From: a virus
IMG/VR virus record: IMGVR_UViG_3300024262_000018
Coordinates: 49,960-113,959 of that record
DNA length: 64,000 nucleotides
Strand: one strand, 5' to 3'
Program-made: the position numbers and the translations under genes
Part shown: in pieces, positions 19,792-29,489 of the stretch
Numbering within the stretch: position 1 is the first letter of the stretch
Layout: each line of letters begins with the position of its first letter
The notes under the pieces: model-generated
The model's input: the letters and a program-made list of their open reading frames with translations, nothing else
What the model was told of the DNA's origin: nothing
Databases searched by the model: none

Positions 19792-20512
19792 TAAAGCTGA
19801 ATTAATAGATTTGGAAGACGATAAAACCGTAAGTCCAAAGGCTAAAATTACAACCCATTATCTATTAATCCTTGATAAGAGTTCATCTATGATGGTGGCT
19901 CAAGAAAACACGATTAAAGGGTTCAATGAAAATATCAAAACAATAAAAGAATTAGCAACAAAGCATCCTAATCAAGAATTTTATATTTCTTTGGTTATGT
20001 TTAATCATGAAGTCGAAACTGTTCTTTGGGAACGTCCGCTAACAGATATAAATTATATTGACAACACAGTATATTCTCCTTCCGGCCTGACCGCTCTACA
20101 CGATGCTCTTGGTTCTAGTATGGACAGACTTGAAAAAGAATTAAAAGATGAGTTGGATAAAAATAAAGATTCAAAAATTGTCGTAACCATATTCACTGAT
20201 GGAGCAGAGAACGCTTCTAAGGACTATGCTCATGCCCAGATAGCCGATAAGTCTGAAGTCCTACAAAAAACAGAACAATGGCTTTTTAGCTATATCGGAG
20301 CGAATCATGATGTTGCCTATGTCGCTAAATCATTAAATATCCCATTAAGTAATACAATGAAGTATTCAAGTTCTATGGTCGGGACCGCACAAGCGTTTGA
20401 CAATCAGACAAAAGGACTACACAAATATGTATCTGATCGCTCGCTAGGCATCACGGATAATCATTTGTACACTGAAAAAGAAGATCTATTAGATATCAGT
20501 GATGATGAATAG
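19769..20512 (+). CDS. vWA domain protein
   Basis: LDKSSSM, GLTALHDA, FTDGAENAS. Confidence 0.85.
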   Translation: MAKITKDNKAELIDLEDDKTVSPKAKITTHYLLILDKSSSMMVAQENTIKGFNENIKTIKELATKHPNQEFYISLVMFNHEVETVLWERPLTDINYIDNTVYSPSGLTALHDALGSSMDRLEKELKDELDKNKDSKIVVTIFTDGAENASKDYAHAQIADKSEVLQKTEQWLFSYIGANHDVAYVAKSLNIPLSNTMKYSSSMVGTAQAFDNQTKGLHKYVSDRSLGITDNHLYTEKEDLLDISDDE

Positions 20513-20521
20513 CGGCTAAAA

Positions 20522-20593
20522 GCTCATATCCGCTAACTGGTAAGCGAAAAGACTCTAAATTTTTTAATCGAGGTTCGAGTCCTCGTATGGGCG
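20522..20593 (+). tRNA. amber suppressor tRNA, anticodon CTA
   Basis: GCTCATA/TATGGGC acceptor, CGCT/AGCG D-stem, AAAGA-CTCTAAA-TTTTT anticodon arm, CGAGG-TTCGAGT-CCTCG T-arm. Confidence 0.85.
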
Positions 20594-20600
20594 ATTTCAA

Positions 20601-20627
20601 TAAAGGAATTATAAAAATTTTCGATAA
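20601..20627 (+). promoter_or_regulatory. sigma28-like promoter
   Basis: TAAA-N15-TTCGATAA versus the FliA consensus TAAA-N15-GCCGATAA. Confidence 0.5.
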
Positions 20628-20648
20628 TAGAATAACAAGGAGACAATT

Positions 20649-20978
20649 ATGACTTAGCTTAACAATAACACGCCGTATATTTATATTATCACTCGAAAAG
20701 ACTTAACATTCCCACAGAAGGCTGTACAATCTTCTCATGCCGCAATTGAAGCCGCAAAAGCTTTTTATGACCCATCGGTTATAGATCATCCACATCTGGT
20801 TCTATCTGAACTCCCCTCTGAATTACATTTGCTCAAATTTATTAATAAATTATCTGCGGAGAGCTTGCGCTTTATTATCTGGAGAGAACCAGATCTAAAT
20901 GAGGTCACAGCGATTGCAACAGAACCGATTTTTGGAGCAAAAAGAAAACTTTTTAAGAAACTTCAACTTTTAAAATAA
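20649..20978 (+). CDS. Pth2-like peptidyl-tRNA hydrolase with in-frame TAG at codon 3 (absent from ORF track)
   Basis: AAGGAG RBS, ATG ACT TAG, then open to TAA 20976-20978: YIYIITRKDLTFPQKAVQSSHAAIE...WREPDLNEVTAIATEP...RKLFKKLQLL. Confidence 0.8.
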
Positions 20979-20989
20979 GGAGATTTAAA

Positions 20990-21463
20990 ATGGAAATAAC
21001 ACAACAGTATTATAAAACAAGATTTAACTATTTCGCCCCTTTTGATTTCGAAACTTATAAAAAAATAAAAAAAATTAAAGCTGTGCTTAATATCTCCGGA
21101 ATACAAGCTATTCGCTATGGAAAATGGGCAAGAAAACTGCCCAAGAATAGGAGAACAAAAAAACCGATCTTCTGTGAATTATTCTATATTGCGACATCTT
21201 ATATGGACTATTATATTAATTGGGATGATGAAAAAGGCAAATACGTTGAGACAAATGTTGAAATTGAATTTGCGAAAAAAACCGAATTAAATGCGTTAAT
21301 TGTAGATCTTTGGCAATATGCTACAGCGAAACCACTAGAAACAGATATAGGACCAGAACCAGAATTTATTAAAACAATAGATATAGATCAGATATATGTA
21401 GAATGCAAAGAGTTCTATAGGAGCTTCATAGATCATAACATGCGAGATAATATTGGCTTATGA
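20990..21463 (+). CDS. hypothetical protein
   Basis: AAGGAG RBS directly after the Pth2-like gene. Confidence 0.7.
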   Translation: MEITQQYYKTRFNYFAPFDFETYKKIKKIKAVLNISGIQAIRYGKWARKLPKNRRTKKPIFCELFYIATSYMDYYINWDDEKGKYVETNVEIEFAKKTELNALIVDLWQYATAKPLETDIGPEPEFIKTIDIDQIYVECKEFYRSFIDHNMRDNIGL

Positions 21464-21552
21464 GTATTTTTAACAAACATTAAAGGAAAATGCTCTATTA
21501 CGCGACATTATAGTATAGAAGTTTTTGTCATTTTTACTTATTGGAGTATTCT

Positions 21553-21810
21553 ATGAAACGAGTCGGCAAGAAATGGATAGGACACCCTGTAAAGGTTGAA
21601 ATTCTTGATCACGCCGAAAATGTTGGGAATGTCGTGCCAATAAATGTATATGGAATATTACAAAAAGTCTCCAAAACTCAAATACTAGTTCGTTCTTGGG
21701 ATGCTGGAGAAGAATTGTCTAAAGAGATATCCAATTGCAATACTGACTTTTCTATAGTCCGATCAGCAATAATTCGATTTACCCCGTTAAAACCTTTTTA
21801 TAATAAATAG
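21553..21810 (+). CDS. hypothetical protein
   Basis: GGAG RBS, short ORF. Confidence 0.6.
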   Translation: MKRVGKKWIGHPVKVEILDHAENVGNVVPINVYGILQKVSKTQILVRSWDAGEELSKEISNCNTDFSIVRSAIIRFTPLKPFYNK

Positions 21811-21895
21811 GGATAATATGTCTCTATTCTTTATTTTTAAAAGGACAATATATTTATATTTAGAAAATAAATAATAACTTTTTTGGATTAAAATA

Positions 21896-24800
21896 ATGAG
21901 ATACAAAATATCACAAGCAAATATGAGTATACAAGGACCAGCAGTTGTATCACTAATACAGATAGTACAACAAATGTATGGATTAGGGGCTCCAACGACT
22001 TTTGACGATCAAGGATTCAACAAAACAGACTATGTAAACTCTAATTTTCAGTATATTGCTCGGCTCCCAGTAAGTGATAGAACTCAACTGCCTATACAAC
22101 AAGCTGTTGCGGCTGTTCAGTCTTTAGGGAAATATAAAAAAACACAACTGGCGGGAACGTGGGAACAACTATATGCAGATATACAAAAAGCGATCAATGA
22201 AGCTCAAGGGCAATCGGAAGTTCCAAATACTACTCCTGTAGAGCAGAACAAAGTTTTATATAAAGGAAGAAACCGATGGGGGAATGATAGTTATTACATC
22301 TTCAGTTTAACACCGCAGAAATATAATAGTATGTTGCGTCTTGTCGGGGCAAAGCTAGGAGAGATGGGACAAAACGCATCGAACGCTTGGAAGGCTTTTT
22401 ATAAAGACAAAAAAGGAGGATTAGACCTCTACCAGATAGACCCACGATTTACTGTTTTCCTTAAAGATTTACTTGCAGGCTATGGCTACGATACGTCTGA
22501 AATGTTCATCCGCGATGAAAAAGCTGACGAAATAAAAAAACCTACAGAAGAAGATAGTGAATATAGTAAAGATGACATACAGAAATTTCAAATTAAAAAG
22601 GTAGAATTAGCGAACGGGAAATTAACAGTAATTCTAGGAAGATGGTCAACTCTCTGGAATGAGACTATACGAAATCTAAAAGAAAATTATACTATAGGCT
22701 ATAGTAAGCATGATCATGCCAGGATATTTACAAATCCAGATAAGGTTTTGATAACAACATTAATAAACGCATTAAAAAATGAATTTGACGTAGCCCCGTT
22801 AGAAGCATTATTAGAACAGGTCCCTGATAAAATTGATCAGCCAAAACCGGCTAGCCAAGTTATTATTACAGATAAGGGGATACAGTTAAATGTCGTAAAT
22901 GTTTTGGAGAACACTAAAGGAAAGTGGCATATTGCTATTTCATACTTAAAAAAAGGCACTAAAGAGGGCAAGACTTTATTAGATATTATAAAATTTATTT
23001 GTCCCGCTTTTGGAAAAGACGAAAGTAGATTTTCAGGGGTTATTCCAGACATCTCTAATCCATACGATCCAGCGGATAAAAAAGATCCTGATTATCCCGG
23101 CGATGGTGGCGGATATAACTATGCATATTTGATTAAAGGTGATTATAACCAATATAGACAGTTGAGTATGATATTCAAAAAATATGGATTTGACACCAGG
23201 AATCTTAATAAAATTATAGCAGGCTTAGTTTCCGAAGGTGTAGTAGAAACTACAAGAGTAGAAGGGGATCTGGATGGCTATCAAAAAGAAGTCGGCTTTA
23301 CTGACGCCGCCGGAAACAGAAGGACAACTAAAGTTAATGATCATGATAAGTTTATAAAAGAATTAGATACTTATAATAAAAAAATAGTTAAAGACGGCAA
23401 AGAATTTGATTTTGCTCTTTATCCTCTTCAACGCGAAGGCGTGGCCTTCCTTTACGGTAGAAACTCTGCCCTTTTAGGCGATGCAACCGGCGTGGGAAAA
23501 TGCAAAATTGGAACATCACATGTCCAAACAAATTTAGGAGACTTTGAAATCCAAGACATATGGAATAAATTTGCAAAAAAAATATCTTCCGTAAAAGAAA
23601 ATGAAGAATGGGGAGATCTAAATGTAGATTTATGCGTCCATAGTATTAATAACGACGGGAAGGTTGTTAGAGGAAAAGTAAATAAGTTGTATAGGGAAAG
23701 ATTTAAAGGAAAACTGATTAAATACAAAACAGATAATGGCAAAGAAACAGTTGTAACAAGAGCACACAAATTCTTAACTGAAAACGGATGGAAAAATGAC
23801 CTGTCTGTCGGAGATCGGATTTGTTCATCTTCAAATCAATTTTCTATACATGAGCCAAATAATACAAAAAAAGATCTTGCCTATTTAATTGCCTGGCAAA
23901 TAGCAGAAGGGTGTGAACTTGATAATAAAATACATTCTCAAACGAGCTTAAGTATAAACCAAAAAGATAAAAATATTTTAGAAAATTTATCAAAAATTAT
24001 CAAAAGCCTTAATATAACAAAATACAGATCAATAAAAAAGATAGAACCTAGAATTAAAAAAATAATAAGACATGGAAATCAGATTAATCGTATGGAACTA
24101 ACATCTGTTAATTATAAAAAATATCTTGAAAGTCTAGGATATGCATGGGGGCTAAAATCTAAAGACAGAGTTGTTCCAGAGTTTATTATGAATTCTTCGG
24201 ATGAGGTTGTGAAATATTTCTTACAAGCATTCTTTGACGCTGAAGGATACACTAGTAATCAAGCTAGAGGAATTGCCGTAACCTCAGCTAGTCAAAAACT
24301 CATTTATCAAATTTCATTATTATTACAAAGATTTAACATCTTTTGCACCTATAGAAAAATGATGAAGTGTTCCACAAACGGGACAAAAATAAAACGTCCA
24401 TATTATGAATTAAAAATTGTAGGAAGTGGCATGGATATTTTTATGCGAGAAATAAAATTTTCATATGTTTATAAAACTAAAAAATATAATAAATTTACTG
24501 ACGTAAAATATAACTATAATAAAGAAGGAAAACCCATCTATTTGGCGTTAGAACCGTTTTTTAAAAAATACAAATTGCCACCCAAAATAATAGGGCTTAA
24601 TGACGACGCCTATATTTCCGGAGACAAATGGATGAACGATGATAGTATAGAAAATGTTATTAATAAATTGAAAAAGTTTAGAAATTCTAAAATAATAAAT
24701 GAATATGCCCAATTAAAAAGATCAAAATGGACAAATTCGACAACTGCCGTTTTAGAGCATATAGAAATAAAAGATGTAGAAAACTGTATCCAATCACTAG

Positions 24801-26449
24801 AAAAATTAAAAAATAATGATCTTCAATATGAGAAAATAATTTCCGTAGAAGAGATCTCCCACGATGGATATATTTATGATTTAAGTATCGAAGAAAACCA
24901 CAACTATATTTCTGATAATTTAATTTGCCATAACACAATAGAGACTATCATAGCTGCCGATATGAGAATGAAAAATTCTGGCGGAAGCTGTTTAATAATT
25001 ACGCTTACCGTTGCTCAAGAACAATGGGCTAGTGAGATAGAAAAGTTTGCGAAGCATAACCCCGAAGACATATCTCTCAGTCCAGACGAATTAAAAACAT
25101 GGAATGTTTTAACATATCCTATGTTCCAAACCAAAAGTACTAGAGAAGCAACTGTTAAAAAATTACAAGATTATGTTAGAAGCGGAAAAATTACTTGCCT
25201 AATACTGGACGAATGCCATAGTGTTAAAAACAGTGGAGCATCTAGAACGGAAAATATACAAAATATATCTGACGTTATTGACGTAGATAAAGACAAGGTT
25301 AAATTAGCAGAATATCAAATTCCTTTTGTTTGGGGAGCGAGTGCAACTGTTGTTGCGAATAGGCCCGTTGACGTATATAACCAACTGAAGGCTATAAACC
25401 ATCCATTAGGTAAATTGAGCTTTGCTAATTTTGCCAAAGAGTTCGGAGGAATGAAACCTGGGCGTTATGGCTGGGAAGACACTAGTATAGAGGAACAGAT
25501 AAAAGCCGCGAATAAACTAAAAGAATGGTTGATAAATTTTGGGGTATATATAGCTAGAACCAAAAAAGATATTAGAGAAGATATGCCAGAACTTTATGTC
25601 GATGACGAATTTGCTCAAGTTGACCAGGCCAATTTATACAAGTGTGTAAGTTCAAAAGTCTCTGGATATAAAAAACCAGAATTGCCAATTTCTGTTATGA
25701 TGGCTACAAGAGACTGTTTAGCTCTTGCCAAAACTCCACATTCATTATCACTCGCAGAACCGATATTAAAAAGTGGAAAGAAAATAATGATTTTCACTGC
25801 TTTCAAAGCTGCTGCTAAGTATTTGGAATATGGACTGCAAAGAATACTAGATTCTATAGGAGAAGGGGGCCAAGTAGGAATTATAATAGGAGGGATGCAT
25901 AAAAAGACCAGGTCTGAAAATATAACTAATTTTAAAGATCCAAATAGCGACATAAAAGCTATGGTATTAATGATACAGGCGGGCGGAACGGGCTTAGATT
26001 TTCCAAATGTTGTTGAAGATGTTATAGAAAATGACTTTGATTGGACTCCGGCCTCTAACGAACAGATGAAAGGTAGAGGTTACAGAATAACAAGCAAATT
26101 GCCAGTTAGAATTAAATCTGTTATTGCGGAAGGAACAGAAGATGAAGACTTTAAACAAAGAGTTGATTCGAAAATAGAAGTTGCCGAAATCGTTATGAAA
26201 TTAACAAAAGAGCAATTAGAACTTTTTTCTTTATCAGAATCAGAAAAAACACAAAGTGTAAAAAATAGATTGCAAGATATAGAACAACAACTGATAGAAG
26301 CGGTTAAGCGACAGATTGAGCAAGAAGAAACGGAAGCGGAATTTGAAGAGCATATGGCTACTCAAATTAGAAATAAAATGGGAATGTCGGACAGAAGCAC
26401 TTTTGCTAAAACTAATTGGTATAGGAAAACTTGTTTTGGGAGAAAATAA
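21896..26449 (+). CDS. SNF2-family helicase with intein
   Basis: LYPLQREGV, GDATGVGK|T (motif I split by intein), LILDECH, SAT, GGTGLDF, QMKGRGYR. Confidence 0.88.
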   Translation: MRYKISQANMSIQGPAVVSLIQIVQQMYGLGAPTTFDDQGFNKTDYVNSNFQYIARLPVSDRTQLPIQQAVAAVQSLGKYKKTQLAGTWEQLYADIQKAINEAQGQSEVPNTTPVEQNKVLYKGRNRWGNDSYYIFSLTPQKYNSMLRLVGAKLGEMGQNASNAWKAFYKDKKGGLDLYQIDPRFTVFLKDLLAGYGYDTSEMFIRDEKADEIKKPTEEDSEYSKDDIQKFQIKKVELANGKLTVILGRWSTLWNETIRNLKENYTIGYSKHDHARIFTNPDKVLITTLINALKNEFDVAPLEALLEQVPDKIDQPKPASQVIITDKGIQLNVVNVLENTKGKWHIAISYLKKGTKEGKTLLDIIKFICPAFGKDESRFSGVIPDISNPYDPADKKDPDYPGDGGGYNYAYLIKGDYNQYRQLSMIFKKYGFDTRNLNKIIAGLVSEGVVETTRVEGDLDGYQKEVGFTDAAGNRRTTKVNDHDKFIKELDTYNKKIVKDGKEFDFALYPLQREGVAFLYGRNSALLGDATGVGKCKIGTSHVQTNLGDFEIQDIWNKFAKKISSVKENEEWGDLNVDLCVHSINNDGKVVRGKVNKLYRERFKGKLIKYKTDNGKETVVTRAHKFLTENGWKNDLSVGDRICSSSNQFSIHEPNNTKKDLAYLIAWQIAEGCELDNKIHSQTSLSINQKDKNILENLSKIIKSLNITKYRSIKKIEPRIKKIIRHGNQINRMELTSVNYKKYLESLGYAWGLKSKDRVVPEFIMNSSDEVVKYFLQAFFDAEGYTSNQARGIAVTSASQKLIYQISLLLQRFNIFCTYRKMMKCSTNGTKIKRPYYELKIVGSGMDIFMREIKFSYVYKTKKYNKFTDVKYNYNKEGKPIYLALEPFFKKYKLPPKIIGLNDDAYISGDKWMNDDSIENVINKLKKFRNSKIINEYAQLKRSKWTNSTTAVLEHIEIKDVENCIQSLEKLKNNDLQYEKIISVEEISHDGYIYDLSIEENHNYISDNLICHNTIETIIAADMRMKNSGGSCLIITLTVAQEQWASEIEKFAKHNPEDISLSPDELKTWNVLTYPMFQTKSTREATVKKLQDYVRSGKITCLILDECHSVKNSGASRTENIQNISDVIDVDKDKVKLAEYQIPFVWGASATVVANRPVDVYNQLKAINHPLGKLSFANFAKEFGGMKPGRYGWEDTSIEEQIKAANKLKEWLINFGVYIARTKKDIREDMPELYVDDEFAQVDQANLYKCVSSKVSGYKKPELPISVMMATRDCLALAKTPHSLSLAEPILKSGKKIMIFTAFKAAAKYLEYGLQRILDSIGEGGQVGIIIGGMHKKTRSENITNFKDPNSDIKAMVLMIQAGGTGLDFPNVVEDVIENDFDWTPASNEQMKGRGYRITSKLPVRIKSVIAEGTEDEDFKQRVDSKIEVAEIVMKLTKEQLELFSLSESEKTQSVKNRLQDIEQQLIEAVKRQIEQEETEAEFEEHMATQIRNKMGMSDRSTFAKTNWYRKTCFGRK
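23501..24934 (+). mobile_element. intein with LAGLIDADG endonuclease in helicase Walker A motif
   Basis: Starts CKIGTS, TRAHKF block B, IAWQIAEG and FLQAFFDAEG motifs, ends YDLSIEENHNYISDNLICHN|T. Confidence 0.92.
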
Positions 26450-26770
26450 ATGAGCGAAAATGAGAAATACAAATTGGACCAAGAGATAAAAGACTTAGCT
26501 ATAGATTGGGCAGAAAAAATCTATAATAATATATACAGAGCCCTAACCGATCCGGTTCAGGGAATGACTCCTGATACAGTAAAATTATACAATGATCTCT
26601 GTGCTTGGGGCTGGTTTGATATTATAAACATTGATGACGACAATGCTCACCATCTTTTAATCAAACTTCTAGCTATGCCAAGGTATAAACAGCTATTAGA
26701 TCAAAAAAAGAATCCCCCATTATCTAAATGGCAAAAAGTGGCTGGACGTGGCTTAACTTCCAAACGCTAA
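26450..26770 (+). CDS. hypothetical protein
   Basis: ORF abutting the helicase stop. Confidence 0.6.
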   Translation: MSENEKYKLDQEIKDLAIDWAEKIYNNIYRALTDPVQGMTPDTVKLYNDLCAWGWFDIINIDDDNAHHLLIKLLAMPRYKQLLDQKKNPPLSKWQKVAGRGLTSKR

Positions 26771-26841
26771 ACTCTCGAATTAAAAACAATATTTATCATC
26801 TTAAGGGCATATAATGTACATATTACATTATGGAGGAGTGA

Positions 26842-27648
26842 ATGACTAAAACCGAATTATCTATCTTGTGGAAAGTATTTAAAAAAACAAATAAACAAGA
26901 AAAAAGAAACGAACTCGTAAAACATTATTATAGCTTAGTAGAAAAAATAGCCAGAAACGTATCTAAAAAAATAAATTATAAAGTCTCTAGCGACGAATTA
27001 GCTTCGCATGGAGTCGATGGGCTATTTAAAGCTATCGAAAGTTTCGACCTCAATCGCGACATTAAATTCGAAACATATGCTTATTCGAGAATTAGAGGTT
27101 CTATGATCGATGGCTTACGCTCTAATGATTGGGTTCCTAGAAGCGTTAGAATCAGACAATCTAAAATAGAAAAAGCTATAGAAGAGTTAGAAGTAGAGAC
27201 AGGAGAAAAGGCTGAATTTTTATCTGCCGTTAATAAAGCTGGAATAGATACTTTCGAGTATATAAAAAATCCTAAAAAATTTAAAGCAACTATGTGTTCT
27301 AGCTTAGACACATCATCCTGTTTGGGTGAAGATGAAGATGTAAAAAAAGATTTTAATCTTTACCTAAAATCCGATGTTCCTTCGCCAGATATTAAAATTA
27401 TACGACGAGAGTTTCTGAGTAAATTTTTAGGAAAAGGATTACGCTCTACCGAGCGTGTAATTGTTTATTTATATTATTATGAAAAACTAACAATGAGAGA
27501 AATAGCCATCCGACAGAATACAACCGAATCCCATATCAGTCAAATGCACAAAGCGATCTTAAAAAAAATAAAAACCAAGATATCGAAAAACCAACAGTAT
27601 CTAAAAGAATTTACAGAGATTTTTTCTTGCAGGGATAAGATAGTATGA
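26842..27648 (+). CDS. FliA/WhiG-family (sigma28) RNA polymerase sigma factor
   Basis: GLFKAIESFD...KFETYAYSRIRGSMIDGLRSNDWVPRSVR; LYYYEKLTMREIA...ESHISQMH. Confidence 0.9.
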   Translation: MTKTELSILWKVFKKTNKQEKRNELVKHYYSLVEKIARNVSKKINYKVSSDELASHGVDGLFKAIESFDLNRDIKFETYAYSRIRGSMIDGLRSNDWVPRSVRIRQSKIEKAIEELEVETGEKAEFLSAVNKAGIDTFEYIKNPKKFKATMCSSLDTSSCLGEDEDVKKDFNLYLKSDVPSPDIKIIRREFLSKFLGKGLRSTERVIVYLYYYEKLTMREIAIRQNTTESHISQMHKAILKKIKTKISKNQQYLKEFTEIFSCRDKIV

Positions 27649-28154
27649 TAATCGTATCTCAAGCAAACATAATAAAGACAGATTCAGAAGCTATCGTTAG
27701 CCCGACTAATGGGCTATTTATAAATAACAAAGGAGCATCTGGCTCTATTCTATCTGCCGCAGGAAATATTACCAAAAATGAAATAGAAATATATAAAAAA
27801 AAACAATTGTCTATAAAAGAAGGTGATTTTTATAAAACTTCGGGAGGAAAACTAATCAAGAATGGCGTAAAAATCATTTATCATGCTGTTATAAACATGA
27901 CTCCCAATAGCAATACGAGTATATATTCTATAAATATAGTTATGAATAGAATTTTAGATTCTGCAATTAAAAATAAAATAAAATCTATTGCCTTTACTGG
28001 CTTAGGAACAGGATGTTGTTGCCTAAATAAAAAAATAGTTGCAACTAACATGGTTAGTATCGCCCAAAAATACTGTGGCTTATTGACGATAAATATGATA
28101 GATCTAGATAAACAGATGGTAAAAGATTTTAACGAATGTCTATTTAAGGATTAA
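27645..28154 (+). CDS. macrodomain protein
   Basis: EAIVSPTN...GASGSILSAAG...IYHAV...SIAFTGLGTG. Confidence 0.8.
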   Translation: MIIVSQANIIKTDSEAIVSPTNGLFINNKGASGSILSAAGNITKNEIEIYKKKQLSIKEGDFYKTSGGKLIKNGVKIIYHAVINMTPNSNTSIYSINIVMNRILDSAIKNKIKSIAFTGLGTGCCCLNKKIVATNMVSIAQKYCGLLTINMIDLDKQMVKDFNECLFKD

Positions 28155-28157
28155 AAA

Positions 28158-28793
28158 ATGGAAAACGACGTATTAAATAGCCCGGTCTTGGTTTTAAACA
28201 AAAACTGGACAGCAGTTCGTGTCCAGACATTAAAGAAGGCGATCACCAAAGTTACAAATGGTAGAGCAAAATTCTTAGATACTGAATCTTATTTACTATA
28301 TACTTGGAGTGAATGGGTGGATGTCTTTGTTACCCCCCATGACGAGATAGTCGATTACCCCGTTATCCGCTCCCAACATATAGCATTAAAAAGGCCAGAA
28401 ATAATAGTATGCACAGATTATAGTAGAGTTCCACATTCTAGTTTAAAACTGTCACGACGCAATATCTTAATTCGAGATATGTTCCAGTGTCAATATACAG
28501 GAAAAAGAGTAACCTATAAAACTGCAACACTAGACCACATATTACCTCGCTCAAAAGGAGGAAAAACCTCATGGAACAATCTTGTAACTTGTTCTCTTGA
28601 GGCAAATGCAAAGAAAGCAAATAGAACTCCAGCAGAAGCAGGAATGAGATTACTACATCCTCCAAAGAAACCCAAATGGAGCCCTATTTACGCAATTAGT
28701 TTAAAAAGAAGACCAAAATCTTGGGCCAAATTTATTAAACAAGAAAATTTAGAAGCGATAGAGGATTACGAGGCTGAAATTCTAAATGATTAA
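28158..28793 (+). CDS. HNH endonuclease (McrA-like)
   Basis: VLVLN...SRRNILIRDMFQCQY...TLDHILPRSKGGKTSWNNLVTC...KKANRTP. Confidence 0.88.
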   Translation: MENDVLNSPVLVLNKNWTAVRVQTLKKAITKVTNGRAKFLDTESYLLYTWSEWVDVFVTPHDEIVDYPVIRSQHIALKRPEIIVCTDYSRVPHSSLKLSRRNILIRDMFQCQYTGKRVTYKTATLDHILPRSKGGKTSWNNLVTCSLEANAKKANRTPAEAGMRLLHPPKKPKWSPIYAISLKRRPKSWAKFIKQENLEAIEDYEAEILND

Positions 28794-29481
28794 ACGTAAA
28801 TTGCAGATAAAATATTCTTTATGGAATAAACATAAACAAGTAGCGGCATGGAAAAATAAACTGATAGGTGTTCCGTGTTTTATTATAGGGAATTCTCCCA
28901 GCTTAAACGACTATCCAACCCATTTGCTAAATGGACTTTTTACAATCGGTATTAACAGGGCTTTTAAAAAATTAGAAACAACTATACTTCTATGGCAAGA
29001 TATCGAACTGTACTTAAGCTGTCAAAAAGAACTTAAAAATATTAAATCTATTCTCTATTCACGAGACGCCGCAGACCCTAAAGGCATAGCTTATCATTTT
29101 AAATTATTACATACTCCATATAATTTGACAAATAGTCCTTTAAGACTCTCTGGGCGCGGAAGTTCTGGTCCGTTAGCCTTTCAACTGGCCCACTCTCTAG
29201 GCTGCGATCCAATTGTTTTTTTAGGTTATAATTGCAAGTATAGAGGAGAGCAAACAGATTTTTGGGGAATAAATAAAGACCATAAACCTCATACGCTGGT
29301 CGCTTGCTCTCGCGGATTGAATTGGATTAAAAAATGTGATCACAAAAGAAAACTTGTTTTTTGTGATGACAGTGATAGCAAAAACAATAAAATATCATTA
29401 GAAAAAGCGTTAGAAATTTGCAAAATAACAAAAGATAGTTATAAAAATAAGGATTATTTCGAAAATAGACTTTTTGAATAG
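28786..29481 (+). CDS. Maf/DUF115-like protein (paralog of 6149..7507)
   Basis: CFIIGNSPSL...TIGINR...LGCDPIVFLG. Confidence 0.6.
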   Translation: MIKRKLQIKYSLWNKHKQVAAWKNKLIGVPCFIIGNSPSLNDYPTHLLNGLFTIGINRAFKKLETTILLWQDIELYLSCQKELKNIKSILYSRDAADPKGIAYHFKLLHTPYNLTNSPLRLSGRGSSGPLAFQLAHSLGCDPIVFLGYNCKYRGEQTDFWGINKDHKPHTLVACSRGLNWIKKCDHKRKLVFCDDSDSKNNKISLEKALEICKITKDSYKNKDYFENRLFE

Positions 29482-29489
29482 GAGTACAC

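Noticed and set aside
20522-20593. tRNA-Pyl interpretation of the CTA tRNA
   Set aside because: It has a standard 5-bp anticodon stem, D-loop GG and TTCGA T-loop, unlike tRNA-Pyl; no pyl genes in the window.
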